From a bacterium (lineage in GTDB: Bacteria; UBP4; UBA4092; JAOAEQ01), in NCBI GenBank assembly GCA_026416715.1, contig JAOAEQ010000004.1:10956-74955 (forward strand): a stretch of DNA of 64,000 bases. Direction: 5' to 3'. Positions 39,413 through 50,096 of the stretch are shown here, in pieces. The position numbers were made by a program, and so were the translations under genes. Position 1 is the first letter of the stretch; every line of letters begins with the position of its first letter. Under the pieces are notes generated by a model. The model saw nothing but the letters and a program-made list of their open reading frames with translations, made no database searches and had not been told where the DNA came from.

Positions 39413-39973
39413 ATGGGTATATTTCTTTTATTAATGCTCATCCTATTATTTCTATTAGTCGGGTTTATCATATTAAGTTATAATCGGCTAGTAACCTTGC
39501 GAAATCGAATTGATAACGCTTGGGCACAAATTGATGTTCAGCTTCGACGTCGGTATGATTTAATTCCGAATCTGGTCGAAACGGTTAAAGGATATGCGAA
39601 ACATGAACGGGAAACCTTTGAAAAAGTTACGGAAGCGCGAGCGAAAATGGCTTCCGCTACAACCGTAAAAGAACAAGCGGACGCGAATAATATGATTACG
39701 CAAGCGTTAAAATCGTTATTTGCAGTCGCAGAAGCATATCCGGAATTGAAAGCGAACCAAAATTTTTTGGCGTTACAAGAAGAATTGACTGGAACGGAAG
39801 GGAAAATTGCATACGCGCGACAGTTCTATAACGACAACGTTATGCAGTTTAATACCTTACAGCAAACATTTCCTACCAATCTGATTGCGAGTTTATTCGG
39901 ATTCAAACCGCGAGAGTATTTCGAAATTGAAGAAGGTACTGCCCGAGAACCGGTGAAAGTTAGTTTTGAATAA
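39413..39973 (+). CDS. lemA: LemA-family membrane protein
   Basis: N-terminal TM helix followed by …[40 protein letters not shown]…, the LemA signature. Confidence 0.85.
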   Translation: MGIFLLLMLILLFLLVGFIILSYNRLVTLRNRIDNAWAQIDVQLRRRYDLIPNLVETVKGYAKHERETFEKVTEARAKMASATTVKEQADANNMITQALKSLFAVAEAYPELKANQNFLALQEELTGTEGKIAYARQFYNDNVMQFNTLQQTFPTNLIASLFGFKPREYFEIEEGTAREPVKVSFE

Positions 39974-40104
39974 TCAGCGTGAATTTATTTGCCACAGAGA
40001 CGCAACCTCGCTGGGAGTCGATATCCTTTAATATTACTAGCGGAGCTGTAGCGACTCTGTGGCGTTTATTTCATAGACTGGACTCGGCTATATATTAATC
40101 ACCT

Positions 40105-41025
40105 ATGCTCTACGACCAGATTAGTAGTAACAAGTTTCGCTCATCATTAATGGTAATCGGGTTCATTATTTTCGTTATGCTGGTAGTGTATATTTTCAGT
40201 CAGGCGATGGGATATGGAACGTATGTTTCGCTTCCGTTAGCGGTGATTATTGCGAGTATCTCCGGTTTCAGTAGTTATTATTATAGTGATAAAATCGTGC
40301 TGGCGATGAGTCGTGCTCGACCAGCATCACGTGAAGAATATCTGCAACTGCATAATATTGTTGAAGGGCTCTGTATCGCTGCGGGGCTACCGCTCCCGAA
40401 AATATACGTTATCGATGATACTGCACCGAATGCATTTGCTACCGGTCGGAATCCACAGCATAGTGTTATTGCGGTGACTACCGGTCTATTACAGAAATTG
40501 AACCGAACTGAACTAGAAGGGGTTATTGCGCATGAATTAGCCCATATTAAGAATTATGATATCTTGTTACAAACATTAACCGTAGTTATGGTCGGGATCG
40601 TAGCATTGTTATCCGATTGGTTCTTGCGGATAATGCGGTTCGGCAGTTTCAGCGGACGAAGAAGCCGGATAGGTCGTACAACATCGCGTTCGGGTGGAAA
40701 TCCCGCAATGGTAATTTTTGTTATTCTCGGGATTATTCTCGCATTGTTATCGCCGTTAATCGCGCAACTAATTCGACTAGCGATATCGCGTCGTCGTGAA
40801 TTTCTCGCTGATGCGACCGGCGCATTATTAACTCGATACCCGCCAGGACTCGCGAGTGCATTAAAAAAAATCGCCGCGGATACTGAACCGTTAGAAGTAG
40901 CAAATAAAGCGACTGCCCATCTATATATCGTTAATCCACTGAAAGATTTCTCGGGGAAAATAAATAATCTTTTCAGCACCCACCCGCCGATTGAAGAACG
41001 GATTGCAGCGTTAGAAAAGATGTAG
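40105..41025 (+). CDS. htpX: Zinc metalloprotease HtpX-like (M48 family)
   Basis: HELAHIKNYD zinc motif, TM helices, and a C-terminal …LYIVNPL…STHPPIEERIAALEKM tail. Confidence 0.85.
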   Translation: MLYDQISSNKFRSSLMVIGFIIFVMLVVYIFSQAMGYGTYVSLPLAVIIASISGFSSYYYSDKIVLAMSRARPASREEYLQLHNIVEGLCIAAGLPLPKIYVIDDTAPNAFATGRNPQHSVIAVTTGLLQKLNRTELEGVIAHELAHIKNYDILLQTLTVVMVGIVALLSDWFLRIMRFGSFSGRRSRIGRTTSRSGGNPAMVIFVILGIILALLSPLIAQLIRLAISRRREFLADATGALLTRYPPGLASALKKIAADTEPLEVANKATAHLYIVNPLKDFSGKINNLFSTHPPIEERIAALEKM

Positions 41026-41081
41026 GATCAGATTTTGTGAATCTATCAGGTGATATCTCTATCGCAACGAAATCGATTGAT

Positions 41082-42716
41082 ATGCAGAATCATATTCGCA
41101 TAATTTTAATAGTTAGTAGTTGTTTTTTTGCTTATCAGGCGAAAAGTTGGCCAGCGATATTTACCGTGAGTGATTTACCTGCATTTCAATCAGCGCTAAA
41201 TACCGCTGCCGTGAACGGTGAACCGGATACTATCAATATTTCTGCAGGAATTTATAATCTAACTTCTCCGTTAAGATATAATTCAACTGAGAATTATTCG
41301 CTGACTATTTCCGGTGCAGGAATTGGCGTAACGATTCTTGATGGTAGGAATACGACCCAGATTCTCAACCTGCTTGCTACCGGTTCCTCTGGTAACATCA
41401 CTATTCGTAGAATCAGTTGTACTAACGGAACTAGTACTGCTGAAGGAGGTGGAATTCGAATTGAGACCGGCGCTTCTGCAACGGTAGAAAATGCAGAGTT
41501 AACTTATAACTCAGCAAGTACACTCGGGGGTGGTCTGCATATCTTATCGAATTTCGGTACGATTTCAGTTATGAGCTGTTCATTTCGGAATAACTCTGCG
41601 GGCTTGAACGGTGGCGGATTAAACGCAGGCTCAACTGATGGAACGATTTTACTCGCGCATAATACTTTTACCGGCAACATTATTCCCGGCGTGCATACTG
41701 TTGAACCGGCATACGATGGCGGCGGTGCGATGCTGTATATCGATGGTGTCGGTCAGGTGATTGTTACTAGAAACACGTTTATTTGCAACACTGCTGCGGA
41801 TGACGCCGGTGGATGTATGACCTATGCAAATAGTTCCGGTGTCACCATCAATATCAATCACAATATTTTTTCGCACAATGTATCTCAACTCGGTGGTGCT
41901 GGATGTTTCACCCGAATGAATGAAACTGAAGCTAGAGTGGCATATACCAACAACTATTTTTCCGCTAATTCCACGGTAACCGGAGATGGGGCAGGAACCT
42001 TAATCCATCTCAATGATGGTTCGCTCACGTTTTCCGGCAATACCTATTTAAATAACTGCGCAACCGGCGATGGTGGCGGCGTTTCGATTTGGAATGGAAC
42101 CGGAAAACTCGTTTTATCCAGCAACATTTTTCAAGGGAACCGGACATTGAATAATGGCGGAGGAATGGTTCTCGCAACCGATTTCGGCACGATTACCTGT
42201 ATTCGGAATATTTTCAATACGAACACTGCCATCAATATCGGCGGCGGGCTCTCTTATGCGGCAACTTCCGGAAAACTTGAACTTAATAATAATACGTTTT
42301 ATCAGAATACTGCTACTGAAGGTAGCGGCGTTTATTTATATTTCGACCGAACTGGAGCGAGAGCAAATATCGTTAATAACATTTTCTGGCGGGATAGCGA
42401 CCCAGCTATAGCAATGTCCGGCGCAACTAGCGCGATTGCCAGATATTGCGATATCGAGAACGGCATTGGTCAACCTTGGTTCGGGACTGGATGTATCGCG
42501 CAAAACCCGCTATTCAAAAATCCAGCGAACGGAAATTTCAATTTAACCTGGACAAATTACCCTGCATCGGATACTACAAAATCACCATGTATTGATACCG
42601 GAGACCCGACTACATCGCTAGATCCTGATGGCACCCGAGCGGATATCGGTGCATTTTATTTCGACCAATCAGCTTTAACTACTATCGACCCATTGCGCTG
42701 GATATACTTTGATTAG
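41082..42716 (+). CDS. Secreted right-handed parallel beta-helix repeat protein (Pmp/PbH1-like, many GGG[LAM]/NxxAxxGGG repeats)
   Basis: Signal peptide (MQNHIRIILIVSSCFFAYQA), then ~15 degenerate repeats of the form N-[ST]-A-x-x-[GN]-G-G-[GA]-[LIM]. Confidence 0.55.
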   Translation: MQNHIRIILIVSSCFFAYQAKSWPAIFTVSDLPAFQSALNTAAVNGEPDTINISAGIYNLTSPLRYNSTENYSLTISGAGIGVTILDGRNTTQILNLLATGSSGNITIRRISCTNGTSTAEGGGIRIETGASATVENAELTYNSASTLGGGLHILSNFGTISVMSCSFRNNSAGLNGGGLNAGSTDGTILLAHNTFTGNIIPGVHTVEPAYDGGGAMLYIDGVGQVIVTRNTFICNTAADDAGGCMTYANSSGVTININHNIFSHNVSQLGGAGCFTRMNETEARVAYTNNYFSANSTVTGDGAGTLIHLNDGSLTFSGNTYLNNCATGDGGGVSIWNGTGKLVLSSNIFQGNRTLNNGGGMVLATDFGTITCIRNIFNTNTAINIGGGLSYAATSGKLELNNNTFYQNTATEGSGVYLYFDRTGARANIVNNIFWRDSDPAIAMSGATSAIARYCDIENGIGQPWFGTGCIAQNPLFKNPANGNFNLTWTNYPASDTTKSPCIDTGDPTTSLDPDGTRADIGAFYFDQSALTTIDPLRWIYFD

Positions 42717-42969
42717 CCGAAAAATTTAATTTTCTACTATCAAGATACTACGACACCAAATAACTTTGAAAATCAATGCAAAACCATCAATGTTCAATCA
42801 TCTGCCACTTTTGTATATCGGGTCTTTGTTTTCCTGGTTGCTTAATCCACCGTTATCCTTGCCTAAACCTTCAAATCACAGTAGAATATATAGAGAAAAT
42901 TATACGGAGGTTTTTCTAATAAACCGCCGGGAATGTTGTTAAGCATTCCCAGTGGTTTATTTTTATTTT

Positions 42970-44274
42970 ATGAAAATAACGTTTATCGGTGCAGGAAGTT
43001 TAGGGTTTTCGCGCAGGTTGATGATTGATATCCTCGGATTCCCGGAATTCCAGGATGCAACTTTTGCCTTAATGGATATTAATCCGAAACGACTGGATTA
43101 TACCCGACGGATAGCAGAAAAAATTATTAAACAAGGGAATTTCTCTGCGAAACTGCAGGTGACTACTAACCGTCGGGAAGCGTTGCAAGATGCAGATTAT
43201 GTGATTATCATGATTTTAGTTGGTGATATTGAAGTTATCCGCCCGGATATTGAAATTCCATTGAAGTATGGAGTTGACCAGTGTATCGGCGATACTCTTG
43301 GCCCCGGCGGTGTATTCCGTGCGTTACGAACGATTCCGGTGCTAATTGATATCTGTAAAGATATGGAAGAAGTCTGTCCGAATGCGTGGCTATTGAATTA
43401 TACCAACCCGATGGCGATGCTTTGCTGGGCGATGAATGATTATACGAAAATTAAAAATGTTGGGCTATGCCATAGCGTGCAAGGAACCGCTTGGCAATTA
43501 TCGAATTATCTCGGCGTCCCAACGAATGAAATCGACTATTGGGTTGCCGGGATAAATCATCAAGCATGGTTCTTAGAATTTAAATGGAAAGGGAAGGATG
43601 CATATCCGTTACTTCGGGAGAAAATTAATGACCCGAACATATATAATATCGAAACAACCCGGTTTGAAATGTTCAAACATCTCGGCTATTTCGTTACCGA
43701 ATCCAGCGGACATAACTCGGAGTATAACGCTTGGTTCCGCAAACGGCCGGATTTAAAAGAAAAATATACGCCTGGTGGTGGGTGGAACGGCGGCACCGGA
43801 TTCATTCTCCAGCTGTATGGAACCGATCGTGAGAATTATGAAGTCGAACTCGAGAAAATCGCTTCGAGTAACGATCCGGTCGATTTAACTCAATCGCATG
43901 AATATGGCGCATATATCATCCATTCATTACATACGGGAGTCGTCCGACGGATTAACGGGAATGTTAAAAATACCGGGTTAATCACCAATTTACCGGAAGG
44001 GTGTTGCGTTGAAGTCCCGTGTTATGTTGATAAACAAGGGATTCATCCATGTTATGTTGGCGCGTTACCGCCGCAATTAGCGGCGTTGAATCGGAGCAAT
44101 ATTGCAGTCCAGGAAATGGCGGTTAAAGCAGCAATGACCGGCGATAAAGATATGGCATTCTGGGCGGTAGCGTATGACCCGTTAACCGCAGCGGTATGCT
44201 CGTTAGAAGAGATTCGAAAGATGGTAGATGAACTGTTCGAAGCTGAGAAAAAATGGCTTCCTCAATTTACATAA
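42970..44274 (+). CDS. Glycoside hydrolase family 4 (NAD+/Mn2+-dependent alpha-glucosidase/alpha-galactosidase)
   Basis: MKITFIGAGS…NYTNPMAM…GLCHS… GH4 signature. The track ORF starts at 42952. Confidence 0.8.
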   Translation: MKITFIGAGSLGFSRRLMIDILGFPEFQDATFALMDINPKRLDYTRRIAEKIIKQGNFSAKLQVTTNRREALQDADYVIIMILVGDIEVIRPDIEIPLKYGVDQCIGDTLGPGGVFRALRTIPVLIDICKDMEEVCPNAWLLNYTNPMAMLCWAMNDYTKIKNVGLCHSVQGTAWQLSNYLGVPTNEIDYWVAGINHQAWFLEFKWKGKDAYPLLREKINDPNIYNIETTRFEMFKHLGYFVTESSGHNSEYNAWFRKRPDLKEKYTPGGGWNGGTGFILQLYGTDRENYEVELEKIASSNDPVDLTQSHEYGAYIIHSLHTGVVRRINGNVKNTGLITNLPEGCCVEVPCYVDKQGIHPCYVGALPPQLAALNRSNIAVQEMAVKAAMTGDKDMAFWAVAYDPLTAAVCSLEEIRKMVDELFEAEKKWLPQFT

Positions 44275-44362
44275 AAAGATTACCGCGAGGTTAACAACCG
44301 ATTACATAAGATATACCTAATTCGTTCAATACGCTATCACATTCAAGGTGTTGGCTATCAAT

Positions 44363-45748
44363 ATGATTACGGAAAACATTAAACAAGAATTAATGAAACT
44401 AGTTGGTAAAGAGAATTATTTCGATTCGCCGGAAGACCTCTATGTTTATGGTTATGATTCAACGCCGCTACTGCATTATCCACCGGAAGCGATAGTTCGG
44501 CCAGCGAATACTGCAGAAATTTCTGCTCTCGTTAAGTTAGCTAACCAATATAAGTTCCCCATTATTCCCCGCGGTTCTGGAACGAATTTATCCGGGGGCT
44601 CGATTCCTGTTCAAGGTGGAATCGTAATGATACTAAACCGGTTGAATCGGATACTTGAAATTGATAAGGAAAACCTAACGGCTACGGTTGAACCGGGAGT
44701 GATTACAACCGATTTGCATACCGCGGTCGAAAAACTCGGGCTATTCTACCCGCCTGACCCAGGAAGTATGAAAGTAAGCACGCTCGGTGGGAATGTTGCA
44801 GAAAATGCTGGCGGTCCCCGTTGTTTCAAATATGGGGTAACGAAAGATTATGTTTTAGGGTTAGAGATCGTCTTACCGGACGGAGAAATACTGAATACTG
44901 GAGGGAAATCGGTTAAAGATGTTGCCGGATATAATTTAACCCAGTTATTCATCGGTTCTGAAGGAACGTTAGGGATCGTAACCAAAATCATTGTGAAACT
45001 TATTCCGTTACCGCAATCTCGGAAAACCTTATTAGTTTATTTCAAAGAACTGGTTCACGCGGCGCAAGCGGTTTCGAAAATCGTTGAAGCGAAAGTTATT
45101 CCGGTTACTCTCGAAATTTTAGACCGATTAACCATAAAATGCGTTGAAGATTACGCAAAAATCGGGTTACCGCTAGATGTCGATGCAATTCTCTGGATAG
45201 AAGTTGACGGGGTTCCCGCAGCAGTTGAAGAGGATGCGAAATCCGTCGAACAAGTTGTTCGAGAATGCCATGCGGTTGAAGTTAAAGTAGCGAAATCCAA
45301 AGAGGAAGCTGACCAGCTTGCTATGGCACGGCGAAGCGCGTTAGCTGCATTAGCCCGGACACGACCGACAACGATTCTTGAAGATGCAACAGTTCCACGC
45401 AGCAATCTTGCTGCAATGGTTACAGAAATAACCAATATCGCACAGAAGTATCAGCTCCAGATAGCGACGTTCGGGCATGCCGGCGATGGTAACCTACATC
45501 CGACGATTCTAACGGATGAACGGGATACTGCAGAAATGGAACGAGTCCATAAAGCGGTTGAAGAGATATTTACCGCGGCATTAAAACTCGGCGGAACAAT
45601 TAGCGGTGAACATGGGATTGGAATTGCGAAAGCGAAATTTTTACCGCAGCAAGTCGGGATTCCGGGGATAAACACCATGCGGAAGATTAAAGATGTACTT
45701 GACCCGAACGGAATCCTTAATCCCGGAAAAATCTTTATCAATCATTAG
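44363..45748 (+). CDS. FAD-linked oxidase (glycolate oxidase subunit GlcD / D-lactate dehydrogenase-like)
   Basis: FAD_binding_4 N-domain (…IIPRGSGTNLSGGSIP…) and C-terminal FAD-oxidase_C motifs (…HAGDGNLHP…). ATG at 44363 with AAGGTG upstream. The track ORF starts with GTG at 44348. Confidence 0.8.
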   Translation: MITENIKQELMKLVGKENYFDSPEDLYVYGYDSTPLLHYPPEAIVRPANTAEISALVKLANQYKFPIIPRGSGTNLSGGSIPVQGGIVMILNRLNRILEIDKENLTATVEPGVITTDLHTAVEKLGLFYPPDPGSMKVSTLGGNVAENAGGPRCFKYGVTKDYVLGLEIVLPDGEILNTGGKSVKDVAGYNLTQLFIGSEGTLGIVTKIIVKLIPLPQSRKTLLVYFKELVHAAQAVSKIVEAKVIPVTLEILDRLTIKCVEDYAKIGLPLDVDAILWIEVDGVPAAVEEDAKSVEQVVRECHAVEVKVAKSKEEADQLAMARRSALAALARTRPTTILEDATVPRSNLAAMVTEITNIAQKYQLQIATFGHAGDGNLHPTILTDERDTAEMERVHKAVEEIFTAALKLGGTISGEHGIGIAKAKFLPQQVGIPGINTMRKIKDVLDPNGILNPGKIFINH

Positions 45749-45836
45749 GCCGCTGATATTCGCAGATTTAAAGGATAAACATTATTTCCCTGCGACAACG
45801 AAGTCGCTGCGTAAATCTGCGGCTAATTTTATTTCA

Positions 45837-47174
45837 ATGAATCGTTCTCCAAAATTCGCTGCTCCTACCTACGAGCAGTTACTCAACTGTATGCGGTGTG
45901 GGTTCTGTCTGCCGGTATGTCCGGTATATCGCGAGCTCGGAATCGAAACCGCAAGTCCGCGGGGATGGTTAGCATTATCAAGAGCGGTTGCAGATAGTAA
46001 ACTCCCTATTTCGAGAAAATTTGATCGTCTGATGTATCATTGTTTATCCTGCCAGGCATGCGTTGCTGCATGTCCTTCCGGCGTTTTAGTAGATTCAACA
46101 ATTCTCGATACTCGCGCTATCCTTAATCAGGAACGAAAACAGCCGTGGTTTAAAGCGCCTCTATTCCATTGGCTGACGGTAACTTCTCCGCGACTTGAAT
46201 GGGCGATGGTTCCCTATCGGGTTTATGACAGAATCGGGTTACGGAGTGTTATTCAGAAACTCGGGATATTACGGTTAATCTCGCAACAGTTAGATGATTT
46301 AGATCATATTTTACCGAAGTTAGAATCACGAGCGATACGAAGAACACTGCCTAAAGTTATGCAAGCAGTTGGTGAACGCAAATTTCGGGTTGGCTATTTC
46401 TTAAACTGTGCAAATAACCTGATTTTTACTGGTAATGTTCGTGCAAGTTTAACGGTATTAACAGAAAACCATTGCGAAGTAGAGAATATTCTCGATGCAA
46501 AATGCTGCGGAATGCCGCATCGGGCGTATGGCGAACTAGGTATTGCAAAGCAGATAGCGCGACATAATTTGAATATTTTTAAGAATTTGGATGTCGATGC
46601 GATTATCACCGACTGTGCGACTTGCGGATCGATGCTGAAAGAATATGAAACCTTATTCCGTGGTGAGCCAGAAGCGGAATTAGCGAAACAGCTCGATAAA
46701 AAACTGGTGGATATCTCCGAATTTCTTAGTCGAATCGGTATAAAAGAACCGCCAGCAGTAACGCCGGCTGTCATCCAGTCAGCCAATATTCACTGGTTAA
46801 CAACAGGCGCTACGCCAAGCGGTAAACTTCGGGTGACCTATCACGATCCATGTCATCTCGGTCGAGCGCAGAAGGTAACTAAATCGCCGCGAATTCTTTT
46901 GCAGTCTATCCCAAACGTTGAATTCGTTGAATTGGTTGAATCCGATTGGTGTTGCGGAGGAGCGGGGTCGTATAATCTAACTAAATACGATATCTCGATG
47001 AAAATTCTCGACCGGAAAATGAAAAATATTGGAAATACTGCAGCGAACCTAGTCGCTTCCGGCTGTCCCTCATGTTTAATGCAGCTCGGACTAGGAGTAT
47101 ATCGGTCAAAGTTAAATGTCCAGGTTATCCATCCCGTTCAACTTCTAGCGTTAGCGTATCAGAAACAGCGTTAA
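45837..47174 (+). CDS. Iron-sulfur oxidoreductase, GlcF-like (2x[4Fe-4S] plus two CCG domains)
   Basis: CMRCGFCLPVCPVY and CLSCQACVAACPSG ferredoxin motifs. C-terminal CCG-like Cys motifs. The start is uncertain, because the open frame extends upstream into glcD. Confidence 0.65.
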   Translation: MNRSPKFAAPTYEQLLNCMRCGFCLPVCPVYRELGIETASPRGWLALSRAVADSKLPISRKFDRLMYHCLSCQACVAACPSGVLVDSTILDTRAILNQERKQPWFKAPLFHWLTVTSPRLEWAMVPYRVYDRIGLRSVIQKLGILRLISQQLDDLDHILPKLESRAIRRTLPKVMQAVGERKFRVGYFLNCANNLIFTGNVRASLTVLTENHCEVENILDAKCCGMPHRAYGELGIAKQIARHNLNIFKNLDVDAIITDCATCGSMLKEYETLFRGEPEAELAKQLDKKLVDISEFLSRIGIKEPPAVTPAVIQSANIHWLTTGATPSGKLRVTYHDPCHLGRAQKVTKSPRILLQSIPNVEFVELVESDWCCGGAGSYNLTKYDISMKILDRKMKNIGNTAANLVASGCPSCLMQLGLGVYRSKLNVQVIHPVQLLALAYQKQR

Positions 47175-47980
47175 CGATGTTTAAAATTATATTTCAGTAC
47201 CTGTGCCAGTCTACCGGCAGCGATTTCGTTGGTTAAATACTTCAGACGCCAAATCCGTTTCTGCAAGAGAACAATATCCTGTTTATCCCATCCTTGCGGG
47301 ATATAATCGGTTAACGCGAATTTCCGGGTTAATGCGGTTCGGATATATTTCTCCGGATGATAGGCAACGCAAGGATTCCCGCCGACATCTTCCGCTTGAA
47401 TAACAATAAACTTTCCGGATTTAAATTTCGCATATAACTCCGGAGTTAACCAATCTTTCGCATAGGGTTCACCGTGTGTGGTTATCATCAGATAACCGTT
47501 GGGCATTAGAACACGCCATAATTCATCTAGCCACGCGAATTGAAGCTCTTCCGTGAAATGCGTGAACACCGACCCAGCGAAAATGAAGTCGAACGTATCC
47601 TCCGGATAATTCAGCGGCGGGGCAAGCTGGTTAACCTGAAATTCCGCAAATGGTAGGTTCTCTTTACACCATTGAATCAGTTTAGGATTATAATCAGTGC
47701 CATAGATTTTGGTATTTGATAAGAATTTGAAATGCCGGGTTATCCGACCGCAACCGCAGCCGAAATCAAGGATAGCACGGAACTGAGTTAAGCTTAACTT
47801 ATTTTTTTCCAACGCAGTGACAATGCTTTGAAACGCGATTTCTTTCCCGAGTTTAACGAAATCGCGCGGATTCGATGGACCGACGACGAGATTAATCAGT
47901 TCAAACGGCGGAATCGGTAAATCATCGACATCGTTAATCCATTCATTCTGATTCTGCGGAGATGGTGAAGTATTCATTTC
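47171..47980 (-). CDS. Class I SAM-dependent methyltransferase
   Basis: …ILDFGCGCGRITRHF… motif I and a type-11/12 MTase fold. The track ORF begins with GTG at 48028 and overlaps the upstream CYTH gene. The ATG at 47980 is preferred. Confidence 0.65.
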   Translation of the reverse strand, partial: EMNTSPSPQNQNEWINDVDDLPIPPFELINLVVGPSNPRDFVKLGKEIAFQSIVTALEKNKLSLTQFRAILDFGCGCGRITRHFKFLSNTKIYGTDYNPKLIQWCKENLPFAEFQVNQLAPPLNYPEDTFDFIFAGSVFTHFTEELQFAWLDELWRVLMPNGYLMITTHGEPYAKDWLTPELYAKFKSGKFIVIQAEDVGGNPCVAYHPEKYIRTALTRKFALTDYIPQGWDKQDIVLLQKRIWRLKYLTNEIAAGRLAQVLKYNFKHR

Positions 47981-48002
47981 AAAACCTATTGTAATTTGGA
48001 AT

Positions 48003-48524
48003 TTAGATGGTTTGCAATAAAAGGTCACTATATGAAGTAGACACTAAATCCTGTTTTCGGATATCAAACAAGGTTAAATAATGGTCGCATTGCTTCCTTA
48101 ATGTATCAATCCCAATTTTCCCGTCGGTATCAATTGCTTCTATTTCAATAAATGTTCCTAAATCTTTAACGGTATCTATATGGAATTTAACATTATCAAT
48201 GAAATATATCTCCCGCTGTTTATCAACCACAACGAGGATACCCAACACTTTCGTTAATATTTCTTTCAGCGCTGTTCCCGGCTGCGTTGCATAGAGAATA
48301 ACGTCGCTTTTTTTCGGTTCGGCGATATCCTCGCGTTTATAATAAATCAGATAGTTCTCGATAGTTCCCTCCCGCAATTTTAATCTGCCGTTAGCAACTT
48401 TGAAATAAGTATCAATTTGATGGTCTATTCCTATAAGAATCGCTCGATGATTGTTTAGTATTTCTCTAATCTTATCGTGATTAGAACATTTCGCTTTTAT
48501 TTCAATATTGGTTAACATATTCAA
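48003..48524 (-). CDS. CYTH-domain protein (class IV adenylate cyclase / triphosphate tunnel metalloenzyme-like)
   Basis: N-terminal NIEIKAK (ExExK motif) and later …FIEIEAI…. 173 aa is typical for CyaB-like CYTH proteins. Confidence 0.6.
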   Translation of the reverse strand: MNMLTNIEIKAKCSNHDKIREILNNHRAILIGIDHQIDTYFKVANGRLKLREGTIENYLIYYKREDIAEPKKSDVILYATQPGTALKEILTKVLGILVVVDKQREIYFIDNVKFHIDTVKDLGTFIEIEAIDTDGKIGIDTLRKQCDHYLTLFDIRKQDLVSTSYSDLLLQTI

Positions 48525-48631
48525 TATTATACCATGACCTCTACCTAGAACGAGCTAGACCACTTGCAATTTTTCTACTCGTGGTATAATATTTCGATAG
48601 TAAATTTCGCTCAAAAAAGGAAGGGAACCCT

Positions 48632-49966
48632 ATGTATCATCTCCTCGACCGAATTTTTAAATTGCAGGAGAATCAAACGGATATCAGAACTGAACTTCGT
48701 GGCGGGTTAGTAACCTTTTTAACTATGAGTTATATTATTTTCGTGCAACCGGCAGTATTATCGCAAGCGGGGATGGATTTCAATGCGGTGCTCGCTGCGA
48801 CCTGTATTTCCAGCGCAATCGCGATATTTTTTATGGGCTTGGTAGCGAATTATCCAATCGCATTAGCGCCGGGGATGGGTGAAAATTTTTTCTTTGCATT
48901 CACCGTCGTGTTAGGGATGGGAGTTTCATGGCAGGTAGCGCTCGGTGCGGTGTTTATTTCCGGAGTGATTTTTATTCTCCTATCCGCATTTCGAATTCGG
49001 GAAATGGTTATCGAATCGGTTCCGCAATCGTTACAATATGCGATTGCTACAGCAATCGGCATTTTCATTGCGTTTATCGGATTGCAACAAGCGGGTATCA
49101 TTGTCGGGAGCCCTGGGAGTTTAGTTCAGTTAGGTAACATCAAATCGCCGCCGGTGATTCTCGCAATAGTCGGGTTAATTATCATCTCAATTCTGCTGAT
49201 TCGAAATGTTAAAGGCGCTATTCTCTGGGGAATATTAGCGACTGCGCTTATTGGGCTACCGTTCGGGTTAGTTAAATTTTATGGAGTTGTTAGTTCGCCG
49301 CCATCGTTAGCGCCGACATTCTTAAAAATGGATATATTTGGAGCATGGGATTTAGGGTTGGTAACCGTTATTCTCATCTTTTTATATATGGATTTATTTG
49401 ATACTGTCGGAACCGTTATCGGAGTCGGCGCACAAGCTGGATATCTCAAAAACGGGAAGTTACCCCGTGCAGGACGAGTGCTCATGTCAGATGCGATTGG
49501 AACCGTGGTCGGTGCATCGCTCGGAACTTCTACAGTCACCAGTTATATTGAAAGTACTGCCGGAATCGCGGCTGGCGCTCGAACTGGATTAGCAAATATG
49601 GTAACCGGATTACTATTTCTGCTCTCGCTCTTTTTCGTTCCGATAGTTCAGATGGTTGGTGGGGGATACCAGATTGCCGAAGGGAAATTTTTGTATCCGG
49701 TAACCGCGCCGGTGCTGATTCTGGTTGGGTGTATGATGGCGAAAAGTATCCTGAAAATCAACTGGGATGACTGGAGTGAAGCGATCCCAGCGTTTTTAAC
49801 CATTATTGGGATGCCGTTAACCTATAACATTGCGCATGGACTTGCGTTCGGATTTATTTCATATCCGATTCTGAAACTACTTAGCGGGAAAGGGAAAGAA
49901 GTCAACTGGCTGATGTATGTTTTAGGAGCGATATTTATCCTGCGGTATGCTTTGGTTAAGACATAA
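48632..49966 (+). CDS. NCS2-family nucleobase permease (AzgA-like purine permease)
   Basis: 444 aa and polytopic. MYHLLDRIFKLQENQTDIRTELRGGLVTFLTMSYIIFVQP is the typical AzgA-like N-terminus. Confidence 0.8.
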   Translation: MYHLLDRIFKLQENQTDIRTELRGGLVTFLTMSYIIFVQPAVLSQAGMDFNAVLAATCISSAIAIFFMGLVANYPIALAPGMGENFFFAFTVVLGMGVSWQVALGAVFISGVIFILLSAFRIREMVIESVPQSLQYAIATAIGIFIAFIGLQQAGIIVGSPGSLVQLGNIKSPPVILAIVGLIIISILLIRNVKGAILWGILATALIGLPFGLVKFYGVVSSPPSLAPTFLKMDIFGAWDLGLVTVILIFLYMDLFDTVGTVIGVGAQAGYLKNGKLPRAGRVLMSDAIGTVVGASLGTSTVTSYIESTAGIAAGARTGLANMVTGLLFLLSLFFVPIVQMVGGGYQIAEGKFLYPVTAPVLILVGCMMAKSILKINWDDWSEAIPAFLTIIGMPLTYNIAHGLAFGFISYPILKLLSGKGKEVNWLMYVLGAIFILRYALVKT

Positions 49967-50096
49967 TTTTGCAAACTACGCGAGAATGATAGCGACTATG
50001 AGATGGTAAACGGTTAAACGGAAGAGTTATGCGTTAGCAGGAATCCATTGATTTCTTCAATACCCTAAATTATCAAATCTATTTCATTCACCTGTT

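Noticed and set aside
42925-42950. GGGAATG…CATTCCC hairpin with a T-rich tail immediately before the GH4 gene start
   Set aside because: It might be an attenuator or the terminator of the upstream beta-helix gene, but it overlaps the alternative upstream ATG of the track ORF. The T-run is part of the start region. The evidence is insufficient to call it.
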